From: an uncultured Candidatus Saccharibacteria bacterium
GTDB taxonomy: Bacteria > Patescibacteriota > Minisyncoccia > Phycocordibacterales > UBA9973
DNA length: 64,000 nucleotides
NCBI GenBank assembly: GCA_964423445.1
Contig: CAYREQ010000001.1
Location: 129,732-193,731 of the forward strand
Reading direction: 5' to 3'
The notes beneath the pieces are model-generated. The model was not told the DNA's origin and did no database searches. It saw nothing but the letters and a program-made list of their open reading frames with translations. Position numbers and translations under genes: made by a program. Every line of letters starts with the position of its first letter. The stretch's first letter is position 1. This document shows positions 22,016 through 32,871 of the stretch, piece after piece.

Positions 22016-22870
22016 TTATTTAAGATTATTGAAAAGTTTTAATCGTGCTTCTACTATTTTTTCTATGGCATCCACTGCTGGTTGTAATATTTTTGAAGGA
22101 TTTATTTCATTTGGATGTTCATCTATGGCATTTTTTACTGCATCTCTATCTGCGAGTCTTATTTCTGAGTTTATATGTACAATTGAAATACCTGCCTTGA
22201 TAGCATTTGTAAAATCTTCGTCACGTAAACCTGAGCCTCCATGGAGTACTAGTGGCACACCGACAGCATCTTTGATTTCTTTTACCAACTCCGCATTTAT
22301 ATGTGGCTTGCCAGATTTTATAAGTCCATGAATACTACCGACAGAAGGAGCAAATAAATCTATACCTGTCTCCAATACAAATCTCTTTGCATCTTCTACT
22401 TTAGTCAAAACTCCTGCACCTTCAGGGATGCTTTCTTTTATATCTGAGCCAGAGCCGATATAGCCGAGCTCTGCTTCTACGAGCACATCTCTACCGACAC
22501 TACGTGCATAGTCCACGCACTGTTTTGTAAGTTTTACATTATCTTCAAAATTTAATTTTGTACCATCAATTATCACCATATCAAAACCAGCATCAATACA
22601 AGCTTTGACTGATTCAAAACTGCTGTGATGATCGGCATTTAAATATATAGGATAGTCATCTCGTTCTCGTAGAGTTTTTACAAGGGCTACACCTTCTTCT
22701 CTTCCTACAAATTTTTCTTCACCCTCAGAAAGGCCAATAATTACAGGCAAATTAAGCTTTTTGGCAGCTTGATATATCGCATGTAATGCTTCTAAATTAG
22801 AGATATTAAAATGTCCTATTGCTACTCCTTTTTCACTCGCCTCTTTTATAGATTCTCGAAGTGTCTTCAT
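22016..22870 (-). CDS. fba: Class II fructose-bisphosphate aldolase
   Basis: ADH, VEAELG, GSIHG and LVLHGGSG motifs. Confidence 0.93.
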   Translation of the reverse strand: MKTLRESIKEASEKGVAIGHFNISNLEALHAIYQAAKKLNLPVIIGLSEGEEKFVGREEGVALVKTLRERDDYPIYLNADHHSSFESVKACIDAGFDMVIIDGTKLNFEDNVKLTKQCVDYARSVGRDVLVEAELGYIGSGSDIKESIPEGAGVLTKVEDAKRFVLETGIDLFAPSVGSIHGLIKSGKPHINAELVKEIKDAVGVPLVLHGGSGLRDEDFTNAIKAGISIVHINSEIRLADRDAVKNAIDEHPNEINPSKILQPAVDAIEKIVEARLKLFNNLK

Positions 22871-22874
22871 CCTT

Positions 22875-24314
22875 CTATTTTAGCATTTCTTTGAGAAGTT
22901 TGATAACTATTTGTGGATTTGCAGAGCCTTTCGACTCTTTAATGACTTTACCCACGAGCGACATGATAGCGTTTTCCTTTCCACTCTTAAATGAGGCGAC
23001 AGGTTCAGGATTTTCATTTATGATTTTTTGCACTATTTCTTTTAATGCACCTTCATCATTGCTCTGGATTAAGTTACCTTCTGTAGCAATTTTTAGTGGA
23101 GATTCATCGTTTACTACGATCTTTGCCAAAATATCTTTTGCTGAGCGAGAAGAAAGTTTATTTTCTGCGAGCAAGTTTACCAATTCAGCAAAATTGTTTG
23201 CACTTGGAATTTTTATTTCAGAATTTGCTTTTTTTAGTCCAATATAGTCAGAAGTGATGTAGTTTGATGCAATTTTTACTTTTTCTACATCATTTAGTAT
23301 TTTTGCCACTTCTTCAAACCAAGTACCGAGTTCTTTATCATTTATATATACTTCTATATCTTCATCTTTGATTCCAAAATCATTTTTATATCGTAAACGC
23401 TTTTGTGTAGGTAATTCTGGTAATTCATTTTTTATTTTTTCTATATCAAAAGCCTCGTGGAGTTTTGCTTTGGGTAGGTCAGGGTCAGGAAAATATCTAT
23501 AATCATCTGCATTTTCTTTAGTACGCTGAGAAAAAGTCTGCTGTTTGCTCTCATCAAAACCTCTAGTCTCTTTTACTATTTGATTTTCTTTTCCATCATT
23601 CCAGAGTTTGGTCATTCTATCTATCTCATATTTTATAGCTCGCTCTACACTACGGAAAGAGTTTAGATTTTTTACTTCTACATAAGTTGTAGATTTTTTA
23701 TCTTTGTCCGGAGATATGGAGACATTTGCCTCTACTCGCATTTCTCCTTTTTCCATATTTGCTTCGGATGCACCCAAGTACCATAAAATAAGCTGATATT
23801 CTTTTGCAAAATTACTCGCAGTCTTTGCTGCCTCTTCGGCTGACTCAAAGGTGTGAGCCTCGGTCACCAGCTCCATCAGTGGCACACCAGCACGATTGTA
23901 ATCGATTAGCGACACTTCACCTCGGTGTTTATTGTTTGCAGTATCTTCTTCTAGGTGTACACGAGTGATGTCCATATTTGCCAAACGTCCACCAGAGACT
24001 ATTGGATATTTGTATTGTGAAATCTGATAACCTTTTGGGATGTCTGGGTAAAAATAATTTTTTCTATCAAATTCTGTAAAGTCTGCAATGTTTGCACCGA
24101 GAGCGAGGCCCACTTTTATCACCTGCTCTACAGCTTTTTTATTTATTACAGGCAATGCTCCAGGGTGTGCCATGCACACAGGACAAATGTTTACATTTGG
24201 TTTTGTTTCATCTGGGTCGTTCTTACAGCCACAAAACATCTTTGTGTTTGTCTTTAATTCAGCATGTATTTCAAGACCTATAGTATAGTAATACTTTTTA
24301 TCTGTTTCACTCAT
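22875..24314 (-). CDS. gatB: Asp/Glu-tRNA amidotransferase subunit B
   Basis: IGLEIHAEL, RKNYFYPD, EVKNLNSF and YRYFPDPD motifs. Confidence 0.98.
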   Translation of the reverse strand: MSETDKKYYYTIGLEIHAELKTNTKMFCGCKNDPDETKPNVNICPVCMAHPGALPVINKKAVEQVIKVGLALGANIADFTEFDRKNYFYPDIPKGYQISQYKYPIVSGGRLANMDITRVHLEEDTANNKHRGEVSLIDYNRAGVPLMELVTEAHTFESAEEAAKTASNFAKEYQLILWYLGASEANMEKGEMRVEANVSISPDKDKKSTTYVEVKNLNSFRSVERAIKYEIDRMTKLWNDGKENQIVKETRGFDESKQQTFSQRTKENADDYRYFPDPDLPKAKLHEAFDIEKIKNELPELPTQKRLRYKNDFGIKDEDIEVYINDKELGTWFEEVAKILNDVEKVKIASNYITSDYIGLKKANSEIKIPSANNFAELVNLLAENKLSSRSAKDILAKIVVNDESPLKIATEGNLIQSNDEGALKEIVQKIINENPEPVASFKSGKENAIMSLVGKVIKESKGSANPQIVIKLLKEMLK

Positions 24315-24356
24315 AAGTACTGAAAGTATATCAATTTAAGGCTAAAATGTCTAAAA

Positions 24357-25037
24357 TTATTTCTTTGGTTTAAATTCGCGGACGATCTTGCCGTCTTCTA
24401 GATATACTATTCTGTCACAAAATTTTGTGTACTCTTCTTCGTGAGTCACCATCACAATAGTCTGGCCTTCTTTGTGTAAGTCCTTAAAGAGCTCCATGAT
24501 AGAGTATCCTGATGCTGTATCTAGATTTGCTGTAGGTTCGTCAGCAAATAAAATTTTTGGATTGTGTGCTGTCGCGCGAGCTATAGATACTCTCTGTTGC
24601 TCTCCACCAGACAATTGACTCGGCTTATTATCTATTCGGCTCAGTAGCCCGATTCTCTCTAGCATATTTTTTGCTACTTCTCTCGCTTCAACTTTTGATA
24701 AACCTTTCATAAGAAGAGGTATCATCACATTTTCTGCTGCTGTCAATTCTGGAATAAGTGCGTAGTCTTGAAAGACGTAGCCGAGTTCGGATAGTCTCAT
24801 CTGAGTTCGCTCTTCGGTAGACATTTGCTCTGTATTTGTATCGTTTAAAACAATTTCTCCGCTAGTAGGGTGATCGAGTAGTCCGATTTGATACATAAGT
24901 GTAGACTTTCCTGCTCCAGATTTTCCCATGATAGCTAAAAATTCTCCTTCTTTTACATCTAAATCAATTCCTCTCAATACAGGGGTTTCGATATCTTTGG
25001 TCGTATATGTTTTTGTTAAATTTTTTATTTTTATCAT
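24357..25037 (-). CDS. ABC transporter ATP-binding protein (LolD/MacB type)
   Basis: GKSGAGKST, LSGGEQQR and ADEPTANLD motifs. Confidence 0.95.
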   Translation of the reverse strand: MIKIKNLTKTYTTKDIETPVLRGIDLDVKEGEFLAIMGKSGAGKSTLMYQIGLLDHPTSGEIVLNDTNTEQMSTEERTQMRLSELGYVFQDYALIPELTAAENVMIPLLMKGLSKVEAREVAKNMLERIGLLSRIDNKPSQLSGGEQQRVSIARATAHNPKILFADEPTANLDTASGYSIMELFKDLHKEGQTIVMVTHEEEYTKFCDRIVYLEDGKIVREFKPKK

Positions 25038-25042
25038 AAATT

Positions 25043-26332
25043 TTATCTTCCTAAAATACTATCTAGAGTATTTTTCTTTACAATATTTCTAGCAGGAATA
25101 TACCCAGCCACCAATGTGACCAACATGAGTAAAAAGAATTTAAACATTGTTTCGCCGACAGGTGCCACCAATATTCCGTCTGAGAATGGGAAGTTTAGTG
25201 GGTAAGCATCAAAGAAAGGTACAAATACAAAGTAAACAAATATAAGACCGATAGTACCTCCAATTAATGCATAAAATATAGATTGAATAATATAAGATAT
25301 TTCAATAGCTTTTTCAGAAATTCCAATACCTTTCATAATACCAATATATTTTCTACGAGTGACAGCATTGATGAATATAACGATAAATATAGTAATAGAA
25401 GCAACGACTATTCCAATGAGTCCGATGATGTTTCCGAGTAGAGAAAAGGCTAATCTTATTTGATTTAAAAATTCTGGTTGTGCTTCTTCATCTGTTTGTA
25501 TTTTCCCATCAGGATTAAAACCAGCATTAATCAAATTCAATTTGATATCTTTAGCATTTAATTTTGATGATGGACTAATCTTTAAAGCTATTTCATTTGC
25601 ATTTAAATCAGCTTTATCTACTAAACGCAAGAAATCTTGCTTTGTCACAAAAGCACGCAGTGATGTCTCGTTTACTTTGGAACTAATTATCCCTTTTACA
25701 ATAAAAGTTTTAGTATTTTTACCGACAGTAACCTTTACTTCATCTCCAGGATAAGTACCTTCAATAGAAGCAAAAACATCACCAAAGGCTTCAGAGTATC
25801 TGTGAAGCAAATTTTTTCCTAAAACTATGTAACCACTTTCATTATCATTTATAAAAGTTCCTTCAGTCACATATTTCTTAATACTAGATAAATTGTCTTC
25901 ATCCTCTACTGAGATACCAGTGATTTGAGTCCCAGCTACATCTTTAGGCTCACTAAAGTCTCTACGAGTTTTATAATTTGCTTCAATTTGTCCTCCTTCT
26001 ATATATCTAGAACTAATACTAGCGATGCCGTTCATTTTACGTAGTGTGCTCTCAATTTCATTTGTATGACTTATATTATTATTCCCAGACAACGTAGTGA
26101 TAAGCACGTCTCCACTGTATTGATTTTTGTTAGCAATACTTCCACCTTCTATCAAACCCACGAGAATTCCTGAAACTACGACAAGGTTTAAAAAGGTCAG
26201 CATCATTATAAATATAATGAGTAAAGTAGTAGATTTGTTTGAACCTTTTATTTGTCTTATAGCCAAAAACCAGCCAACTCCAATAATCTGGGACCATTTT
26301 TGACTCATATTTTTTGGTTTTTCCTCTTTCAT
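25043..26332 (-). CDS. FtsX/MacB-like ABC permease
   Basis: One TM, a large extracytoplasmic domain, then three TMs; IGIMKGIG and YIPAR motifs. Confidence 0.9.
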   Translation of the reverse strand: MKEEKPKNMSQKWSQIIGVGWFLAIRQIKGSNKSTTLLIIFIMMLTFLNLVVVSGILVGLIEGGSIANKNQYSGDVLITTLSGNNNISHTNEIESTLRKMNGIASISSRYIEGGQIEANYKTRRDFSEPKDVAGTQITGISVEDEDNLSSIKKYVTEGTFINDNESGYIVLGKNLLHRYSEAFGDVFASIEGTYPGDEVKVTVGKNTKTFIVKGIISSKVNETSLRAFVTKQDFLRLVDKADLNANEIALKISPSSKLNAKDIKLNLINAGFNPDGKIQTDEEAQPEFLNQIRLAFSLLGNIIGLIGIVVASITIFIVIFINAVTRRKYIGIMKGIGISEKAIEISYIIQSIFYALIGGTIGLIFVYFVFVPFFDAYPLNFPFSDGILVAPVGETMFKFFLLMLVTLVAGYIPARNIVKKNTLDSILGR

Positions 26333-26333
26333 T

Positions 26334-27761
26334 CTATTTTTTTAGACCAACTATTTTTTCTCCTTCATTTAATCCAGAAACTATTTCCACCATACTATCT
26401 GTGCCGAGAATACCTAGTGTCACTTCTCTGTCTGTAGTCTTTCCTTTTGCGTCAATTACTTGGACGATATCTTTACCTGCGACTTTTTGTACAAAATAAT
26501 TTGGAATAGCTAAGACATTTTCTTTAGATTCTAGGTTTACAGTTCCGATAGCACTCATACCTGTCTTTATTCTCTCGTCTAATGGAATTTCAACAAAAGC
26601 TTCGTATACAGGAACACCGTCTATCTGAGTATCTCGTGAATTTATAGTTTGTAATGTTCCAGAAAATTCTTCACCTGGTAGAGCATCAAATTTTAGAGAG
26701 ACTGCAGCCCCCGGGGAAAGCCTTGATACATCTAGCTCAGAAACCTGTAAGACAATTTCTAATTTACTTTCTCCTAAAATTGAGATTACTCTTTCACCCA
26801 CAGAAGCATTTTCTCCAACTTCTTTTTCAATATTAGTGACCTTTCCATTGAAAGGAGCGTAGATTGTATTCTTTCTTATTTCTGCATTAATTTTTTGTAC
26901 TTCTGCTAATGCTACCGCAGAAGCCCCGTCACTACCTTCAGTGATTAGTTTTTTGTATTTAAATTCTGCACTTTGTACATTTAAATCACGATTCTTTTTA
27001 GCTTCGTTGTATGCATTGTAGTTTGCTAAGTAAGATGCGCCAGCTTTATTTGGAATATTCAAATACCACATAGTGTCTCTGTAGGGATCGGCATCATTAC
27101 CGGGGAATGTAATATACAGACCTCTCTCACCGAGACGAGTAGAAGTCTCTTTACTAATTACCCGATCACTTTTCTCTAGTCCAAATGTCAAAACTCTAGA
27201 ATCAGGCAAGGTAATATTTTGTTTTTCAATTGAAACTTTGTATTGACCTTCTACTCCATCGTAAATTCCACTAATTGTAGGAGCGTCTACGTTGTAGCTA
27301 TTATTGTCTGGAGTCAATTCTAAATCAGCAGAAAGCAATTTTCGGTATGCACTTTCTACTTTTGTATCTTCTTGTTTTTTAACTCTTTCCAATTCTTCTT
27401 TTGCAGCTTCGATGTCTACGTTTGCTGATTTTAAATTTGCTTGTTTTATTTTTAAATCTGCAAGAAGCTCCCCTATTTCTAGTTGAGCAAGTACCGCTCC
27501 TTTTTGAACAAGCTGATTGTTTTTGACAGAAACACTTGCCAATCTTCCAGAAGAAGCAAAGCCTAGGTCTGCATTGTCAGAAGTCTGTACTTTTCCAGAA
27601 AGAACCACAGATTGTGATACTTGTGTTCTTGCTACTACAAAAGTCTCTGTATTACTATTTTTCCCGCTGAAAACCATGTAGATAACAGCTAAAACTACTA
27701 TCACCCCTAAAACTATAGCTATTTTTTTGTATTTCTTAATGAAATTTATTATTTTTGTCAT
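26334..27761 (-). CDS. Efflux membrane-fusion/adaptor protein (MacA/HlyD-like)
   Basis: Lipoyl-like halves (SGRLASVSV, IYAPFNGKV), VSELDV and GLNEGEKIV; start set at MTKIINF. Confidence 0.9.
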   Translation of the reverse strand: MTKIINFIKKYKKIAIVLGVIVVLAVIYMVFSGKNSNTETFVVARTQVSQSVVLSGKVQTSDNADLGFASSGRLASVSVKNNQLVQKGAVLAQLEIGELLADLKIKQANLKSANVDIEAAKEELERVKKQEDTKVESAYRKLLSADLELTPDNNSYNVDAPTISGIYDGVEGQYKVSIEKQNITLPDSRVLTFGLEKSDRVISKETSTRLGERGLYITFPGNDADPYRDTMWYLNIPNKAGASYLANYNAYNEAKKNRDLNVQSAEFKYKKLITEGSDGASAVALAEVQKINAEIRKNTIYAPFNGKVTNIEKEVGENASVGERVISILGESKLEIVLQVSELDVSRLSPGAAVSLKFDALPGEEFSGTLQTINSRDTQIDGVPVYEAFVEIPLDERIKTGMSAIGTVNLESKENVLAIPNYFVQKVAGKDIVQVIDAKGKTTDREVTLGILGTDSMVEIVSGLNEGEKIVGLKK

Positions 27762-27822
27762 ATTTATATATAATAGCACAAAAAACCCTTTTTCCAAAGG
27801 AAAATTTAGGTAAATTGAGATA

Positions 27823-28836
27823 TTAAGCTAGTTTCTTTAGTATCTTTATAAGGTCATCACTAAAATCTTTGACCATTTTATCATCAAAAAGAGATAATAC
27901 GAAAACCTTTTTACTAACTTTTTGAAATTCTTTTACTTGTTTAGCAATCATTTTTGGGTCTTCTACCACATCACTCTTTGTAAGAATTATTATTTCATCT
28001 TTTTCCGAAAGGCCATCTTCTCCGAGACCTAAATCTTTATCGTATTTTTTCAATTCTTTTCTTATCTCTTTATACACTTTCATCATACCGGTCGTACCAT
28101 TTGATAAATTTTCAAAAGACACCAAATGGGCTAACATTTTTGTACGCTTTATGTGACGCAAAAATTTTACCCCGAGACCTTTACCTTCGGACGCTCCTTC
28201 TATGATTCCAGGAATATCAGCAATGATAAATTTATAAAAATCTCCCAAGTTTGGATCTAGTGTAGTAAAAGCATAATCACCTACTCGAGCCTGAGCATTT
28301 GTAAGGGAATTTAATAGAGAAGATTTACCAGCATTTGGTAAACCAATAAGACCGATATCAGCAAAGAGCTCTAGCTCTATTTTAAAATTTCCCTTTTCTC
28401 CATCTTCACCGTGCTTGGATTCTTGGGGTGTGGTATTTGTAGAGCTTTTAAAATGTTCATTTCCAAAGCCACCATAGCCACCTTTTAGTATTTTTATTTT
28501 CTCTCCTTCTTTTGTGAGTTGCCAAGTTTCATCTGTATCTAAATTTGTGATGATAGAGCCTATTGGTAATTCTAAAAAATAATCTTCACCGTTTGCTCCG
28601 TGTAGACTTTTATTTTTTCCATCTTCACCACGTCCAGCGATAAAACTTTTCTTTGATTTATATTTTGAAAGTATGTGAATGTCTCGGACACCCATTACGA
28701 AAAAATCTCCGCCACGTCCCGCGTCTCCTCCAGCAGGTCCGCCTTTTGGAATAAACTTTTCCTGACGCCAGCGCACTACGCCGTCTCCGCCACGTCCTGC
28801 TTCTGCGTATATAGTTAATTCATCAATAAATGCCAT
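27823..28836 (-). CDS. obgE: GTPase Obg/CgtA
   Basis: Gly-rich N-domain, GLPNAGKS, FTTL, DIPG and TKSD motifs. Confidence 0.97.
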   Translation of the reverse strand: MAFIDELTIYAEAGRGGDGVVRWRQEKFIPKGGPAGGDAGRGGDFFVMGVRDIHILSKYKSKKSFIAGRGEDGKNKSLHGANGEDYFLELPIGSIITNLDTDETWQLTKEGEKIKILKGGYGGFGNEHFKSSTNTTPQESKHGEDGEKGNFKIELELFADIGLIGLPNAGKSSLLNSLTNAQARVGDYAFTTLDPNLGDFYKFIIADIPGIIEGASEGKGLGVKFLRHIKRTKMLAHLVSFENLSNGTTGMMKVYKEIRKELKKYDKDLGLGEDGLSEKDEIIILTKSDVVEDPKMIAKQVKEFQKVSKKVFVLSLFDDKMVKDFSDDLIKILKKLA

Positions 28837-28839
28837 ATA

Positions 28840-29754
28840 TTAAGACTGTAGCGCAATTTGCGCTAATTTGATAGCCCCAGCTTGAGATTTGGCGACTGCT
28901 AGGAATAATGCTCGATGGCAAAAGACAGCATCATCTACGCCAGTAATTTTCTTTAATTCTTCTTCGTCACGCAAACCTCCCCATGCTTTTGGCAAATCTT
29001 TTCTATTTTCAAAGCTTTTTGGATTTTTGCGAACTGTTCTAATACCCCAAGTATTATTTGGTCTTGGGTAAATAATAAACATCGGTTCAGGAATTTTGTA
29101 TAAAATATAATCAAATGGATAATGAGAATCTAAAATTAAAATTCTCTTGTCTTCAGTGTTTTTATAAATCTCCATCACTTTTTCTTCTGCATCAAAAAGA
29201 CCATTGGCAATGACTACTTCTCTTAGAAGAATTGTCTTTGCAAACTTTACACAATCTAGAAAAACTTCGTCTATCTTTGAGTCGTCTTCGTTCCACGCTG
29301 GTTGCACAGAGAAAAAATAACTTTGTATTGTAAAAGGAGATATACCTTCAAAATTTGTAGAATATATATCTTGACCATTGTCAGGGCCATCAATAGGTGC
29401 GACTAATTTATTTCTTACTGAATTAGCTATTTTTTCATTTCCACAAATATCTGTTCCGAATTTTTTCCACACTAAACCAAAAGAAGAATATTCTATACCG
29501 TTTTCATCCTTCCCTGCGCCTCCTATCTGGTGGTGGTCAAATCTATTTGTAGCCTCATCATATATACCTCCTACATCATATACATAATCAGCACTTTTTA
29601 TAATTTCAGGGTCACGGGTACGAATCACTTCAAATTTTTGACCTTCTTTTTCCAAGACTATAGACAATGTGGCTGTGGCAAAAATATCATCAGAGTGAAA
29701 TGATCCATTGTGGGTGACTAATTTTTTTATTGTGTCGTTATTGTTTGTGTTCAT
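28840..29754 (-). CDS. MYG1 family protein (UPF0160, putative exonuclease)
   Basis: THNGSFHSDD, RTRD, DVGG, FDHHQ and FCH motifs. Confidence 0.93.
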   Translation of the reverse strand: MNTNNNDTIKKLVTHNGSFHSDDIFATATLSIVLEKEGQKFEVIRTRDPEIIKSADYVYDVGGIYDEATNRFDHHQIGGAGKDENGIEYSSFGLVWKKFGTDICGNEKIANSVRNKLVAPIDGPDNGQDIYSTNFEGISPFTIQSYFFSVQPAWNEDDSKIDEVFLDCVKFAKTILLREVVIANGLFDAEEKVMEIYKNTEDKRILILDSHYPFDYILYKIPEPMFIIYPRPNNTWGIRTVRKNPKSFENRKDLPKAWGGLRDEEELKKITGVDDAVFCHRALFLAVAKSQAGAIKLAQIALQS

Positions 29755-30349
29755 GGTTGTGAAAAATATTTTGAAATACATCGAATAATAATGAGACCAC
29801 CTTCTCTATCAAGAAGAAACCGATGATAAAGAGCAATATTATTAGGAAGAATTCAGTCACACCTTTGTTTATCTGAAGTGCAGTATAACTGAAAAAATAT
29901 CCGAGTGAGACCAATGATAGTGCCCAAAGTGGAGTAGACATCATCTCGGCTTTCAAATATTTCTTGAAATTAATTTTTTTATATCCTGCAAAAATTATAA
30001 CTACATGGTTTACCATCAAAAACTTTGAGAAAAATATAGACCAAAATGGCTTTTCTTCAAAATGTGGCATGACAGTGAGAACCTTTTTTTCTATATATTG
30101 AAAAAATTTGTTGTGATTCAATTTTTGATTTAAAAACTTTCCAATAAAATAGCCGAGAAAAGTCTTTATCGTAGAGCCGAGTATAATAGCTAGGAGTGCA
30201 ATCCAAAAATTGAGCGCGCCGAGCAGAATCAAAATACCAGCAGAAATAGCTACGATTTCCCCTTCAAATATTGTAATTGAAAAAATTAATAAATAAGCCA
30301 AGTACTGACTATTTTCTACTACATGGCTAAGAGCTTGTACTGTATCCAT
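29738..30349 (-). CDS. DedA/VTT family membrane protein
   Basis: FEGE..AG motif, hydrophobic profile, SKF motif. Confidence 0.8.
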   Translation of the reverse strand: MDTVQALSHVVENSQYLAYLLIFSITIFEGEIVAISAGILILLGALNFWIALLAIILGSTIKTFLGYFIGKFLNQKLNHNKFFQYIEKKVLTVMPHFEEKPFWSIFFSKFLMVNHVVIIFAGYKKINFKKYLKAEMMSTPLWALSLVSLGYFFSYTALQINKGVTEFFLIILLFIIGFFLIEKVVSLLFDVFQNIFHNHEHKQ

Positions 30350-30355
30350 AAATTT

Positions 30356-30805
30356 TTAAAAAAGAGAGTCTACGACTTCTTTTACCAAGGTGCCGTCAGC
30401 TTTACCTTTTAAGTCTTTCATGAGAGCAGACATGAGCATGCCTTTTTTTGTAGCATCAGTAATAGATAGCTCAGCTTGTTTAGCTTGAGCTATTTTCAAC
30501 ACTTCGTCTCTTTCCATAAGTTTTGGAAGGTAAGTATCCAATATAGCGAGTTGGGATTCCTCTACTTTTACCAAGTCTTCCCTGTTTCCTTTTTTAAATT
30601 GCTCTATTGAGTCTTTGCGTTGCTTGGCTAAGCGAGTAATGACAGCTAGTGCCTCCTCGTCATTTAAAAATTCATTTGGTTTTCTATTTTTTGAAACCAA
30701 ATCATTTGTAAAAGCAGACACCATAGCTCGCAATGTCTCTAGACGAACAGAATCTTTCGCCATCATTGCTTCTTTTATTCCATTTTTTATTTGTTCATGT
30801 AACAT
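30356..30805 (-). CDS. GatB/YqeY domain protein
   Basis: AMMAKD, KQRKDSIEQF, YLP and ADG motifs. Confidence 0.93.
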   Translation of the reverse strand: MLHEQIKNGIKEAMMAKDSVRLETLRAMVSAFTNDLVSKNRKPNEFLNDEEALAVITRLAKQRKDSIEQFKKGNREDLVKVEESQLAILDTYLPKLMERDEVLKIAQAKQAELSITDATKKGMLMSALMKDLKGKADGTLVKEVVDSLF

Positions 30806-30883
30806 AAGAAATGTAAATATAGATTATTTTATAAAAATACATATTTACATTTCTATTCTACCAAAATATGGTAAAATAAGCTA

Positions 30884-31600
30884 ATGAAAAAACTTATATT
30901 TTTTGATACAGAGACCACAGGTAATACTGAAAATGATTTTTTAGTACAGCTCGCTTATAAAATTGAAGATAAAAAATTCAACGAGCTCTATAAGCCAGAA
31001 ATCAAAATCCCACCTGAGGCTTCAGCTGTGCACCACATCACAAATAAAATGGTGGCAGATAAAGAATCTTTTAAAGATAGTGGTGATTATGCTCAGGTAA
31101 AAGAACTTTTTGAAGATGAAAATTCTGTCGTCGTCGCTCACAATGCACCTTTTGATTTAAATGTGATGAAAAAAGAAGGCATAGAGCCAAAAAAGTTTAT
31201 CTGTACACTACGCCTCGCTCGACACCTGGACAAAGAAGAGAAAATAGATAGGTACAATTTACAATACTTACGATACTATCTAGACCTAGATGTAGAAGCT
31301 ACAGCTCATGACGCCCTCGGTGATGTATTGGTGCTCGAAAAACTTTTTGAAAGACTAAAGGCAAAGATAATAAAAGACGAAAATATAAATGAAGAAGAAG
31401 CCATAGAAAAAATGATAGAGATTTCTTCACACCCATCTCTGTTTAATAGACTAAACTTTGGAAAATATAAAGGTAAGACGATAGAAGAAGCACTGCAGAT
31501 AGACAGAGGCTGGCTCGAGTGGCTACTACGTGAAAAAGAAAAAGGTGACGTCTTGGACGAAGATTGGATATATACACTCAGGCATTATCTACAAAAATAA
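30884..31600 (+). CDS. DEDDh 3'-5' exonuclease (ExoX-like) with C-terminal FGKYKG module
   Basis: DTETTG, AHNAPFD, AHDALGD and FGKYKG motifs. Confidence 0.92.
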   Translation: MKKLIFFDTETTGNTENDFLVQLAYKIEDKKFNELYKPEIKIPPEASAVHHITNKMVADKESFKDSGDYAQVKELFEDENSVVVAHNAPFDLNVMKKEGIEPKKFICTLRLARHLDKEEKIDRYNLQYLRYYLDLDVEATAHDALGDVLVLEKLFERLKAKIIKDENINEEEAIEKMIEISSHPSLFNRLNFGKYKGKTIEEALQIDRGWLEWLLREKEKGDVLDEDWIYTLRHYLQK

Positions 31601-31601
31601 A

Positions 31602-32390
31602 TTAGTCTATTTTTCTCTTGCCTTTTAGGTCTTTTAGGTATGCTATCAATAGAAAACTAATGATTACCAGTAGTGACCAAGAGCTAACTTTGTGAAAAGA
31701 TACAGCCGACCAAGCTGTGATTTGATTTGGGTATTGCCATGCTTTGGTAAATGTACCTATATTTTCGGCAATCCATATAAAAAATGCTATCAATACAAAA
31801 CCCAATACTAGGGGAATTTTTCTCGCTATATTTGTGACTGTAAAAATTATCTTTGTTCGCCAATATAAAATTAATATTATTAAAAACAGAAACCATCTAA
31901 AATCATAGATAAAATGATTTGTGAAAAAATTTACATAAATTAATATTGCTACAAAAATAGAATGTGTGTACGATGGCATACTTTCCAATTTTAGTTTTAA
32001 AATTCTCCAAGCTTGAGCTATGTAGCTACCGATAGATGCATACATAAAGCCACTATAAAGAGGCACATTTGCAATATGGAAAAATCCGACTTCAGGATAA
32101 GTCCAAGAGCCTATGCTGGGGTGTGTCTTGTAAAGCTCAAGCACAAGACCAATAATATGAAACAATACTATCGTCTTTGCTTCGTCTACTGTCTCTACCT
32201 TTGTCGCAATTAATATAATTTGTATCAATACAGCTAAAACAAAAAGCAGGTCTGCCCTACCGATAAATGAAAAATGAATATAGTTTGTAACTATCAGTAG
32301 AAACAAAAAAGACCCAGCAAAGATAGAGGCTCGGGCTTCTTTTAAGGTAAAGAAAAATAATTCTTTTATATAAAACTTAAACTTATCCAT
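31602..32390 (-). CDS. DUF817 family membrane protein
   Basis: FHIIGLVLELYK, GSWTYP, VPLYSGFMYASIGSY and WIAENIGT motifs; start set at MDKFKF. Confidence 0.88.
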   Translation of the reverse strand: MDKFKFYIKELFFFTLKEARASIFAGSFLFLLIVTNYIHFSFIGRADLLFVLAVLIQIILIATKVETVDEAKTIVLFHIIGLVLELYKTHPSIGSWTYPEVGFFHIANVPLYSGFMYASIGSYIAQAWRILKLKLESMPSYTHSIFVAILIYVNFFTNHFIYDFRWFLFLIILILYWRTKIIFTVTNIARKIPLVLGFVLIAFFIWIAENIGTFTKAWQYPNQITAWSAVSFHKVSSWSLLVIISFLLIAYLKDLKGKRKID

Positions 32391-32522
32391 ATTCGCTATT
32401 ACTATATCACATGGTGAAGTAAGTATACTTATCTCACACAAAATTTTTTATTATAGAATTTTGTGTTATTGTAAAAAAGAACTTAGTTCTAAAATTCTCT
32501 AATAAGGAGCAGATAGCAACAT

Positions 32523-32795
32523 ATGTTAATGTTGAAAGAAAAAGGTGGTGGTGTATGTAATATATACGACCAGGAAAGTGGCATTATGCTTTTATGCGAG
32601 ACAGTCGAAGAAGACTTTGACTTAAACAGCCGGATCTTAAAGGTCCAGCAAGTCTTGCAAAATAGGATAGCCCCATACAAAACCGCGGACATGCGAAAAC
32701 CTGAGGCAGTCATCATATCTGACACTTCAGTATTCTCGATCACTCACGTAGACGACAACTTTTGGGAAATTTTACCCGACACAGTCTTAACATAG
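32523..32795 (+). CDS. Hypothetical protein (orphan cassette)
   Basis: 90-aa ORF with upstream AAGGAG and a downstream GC-rich hairpin. Confidence 0.55.
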   Translation: MLMLKEKGGGVCNIYDQESGIMLLCETVEEDFDLNSRILKVQQVLQNRIAPYKTADMRKPEAVIISDTSVFSITHVDDNFWEILPDTVLT

Positions 32796-32806
32796 GTATC
32801 ATCTAT

Positions 32807-32845
32807 GCCACCAGAAGAGCCACGCTCTCTGGTGGCTTCTTCGTT
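32807..32845 (+). terminator. Hairpin GCCACCAG-AGAGC...GCTCT-CTGGTGGC after the orphan ORF
   Basis: Long GC-rich inverted repeat followed by TTCTTCGTTT. Confidence 0.65.
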
Positions 32846-32871
32846 TAGATATAAAATGTTAAAATAATTAC

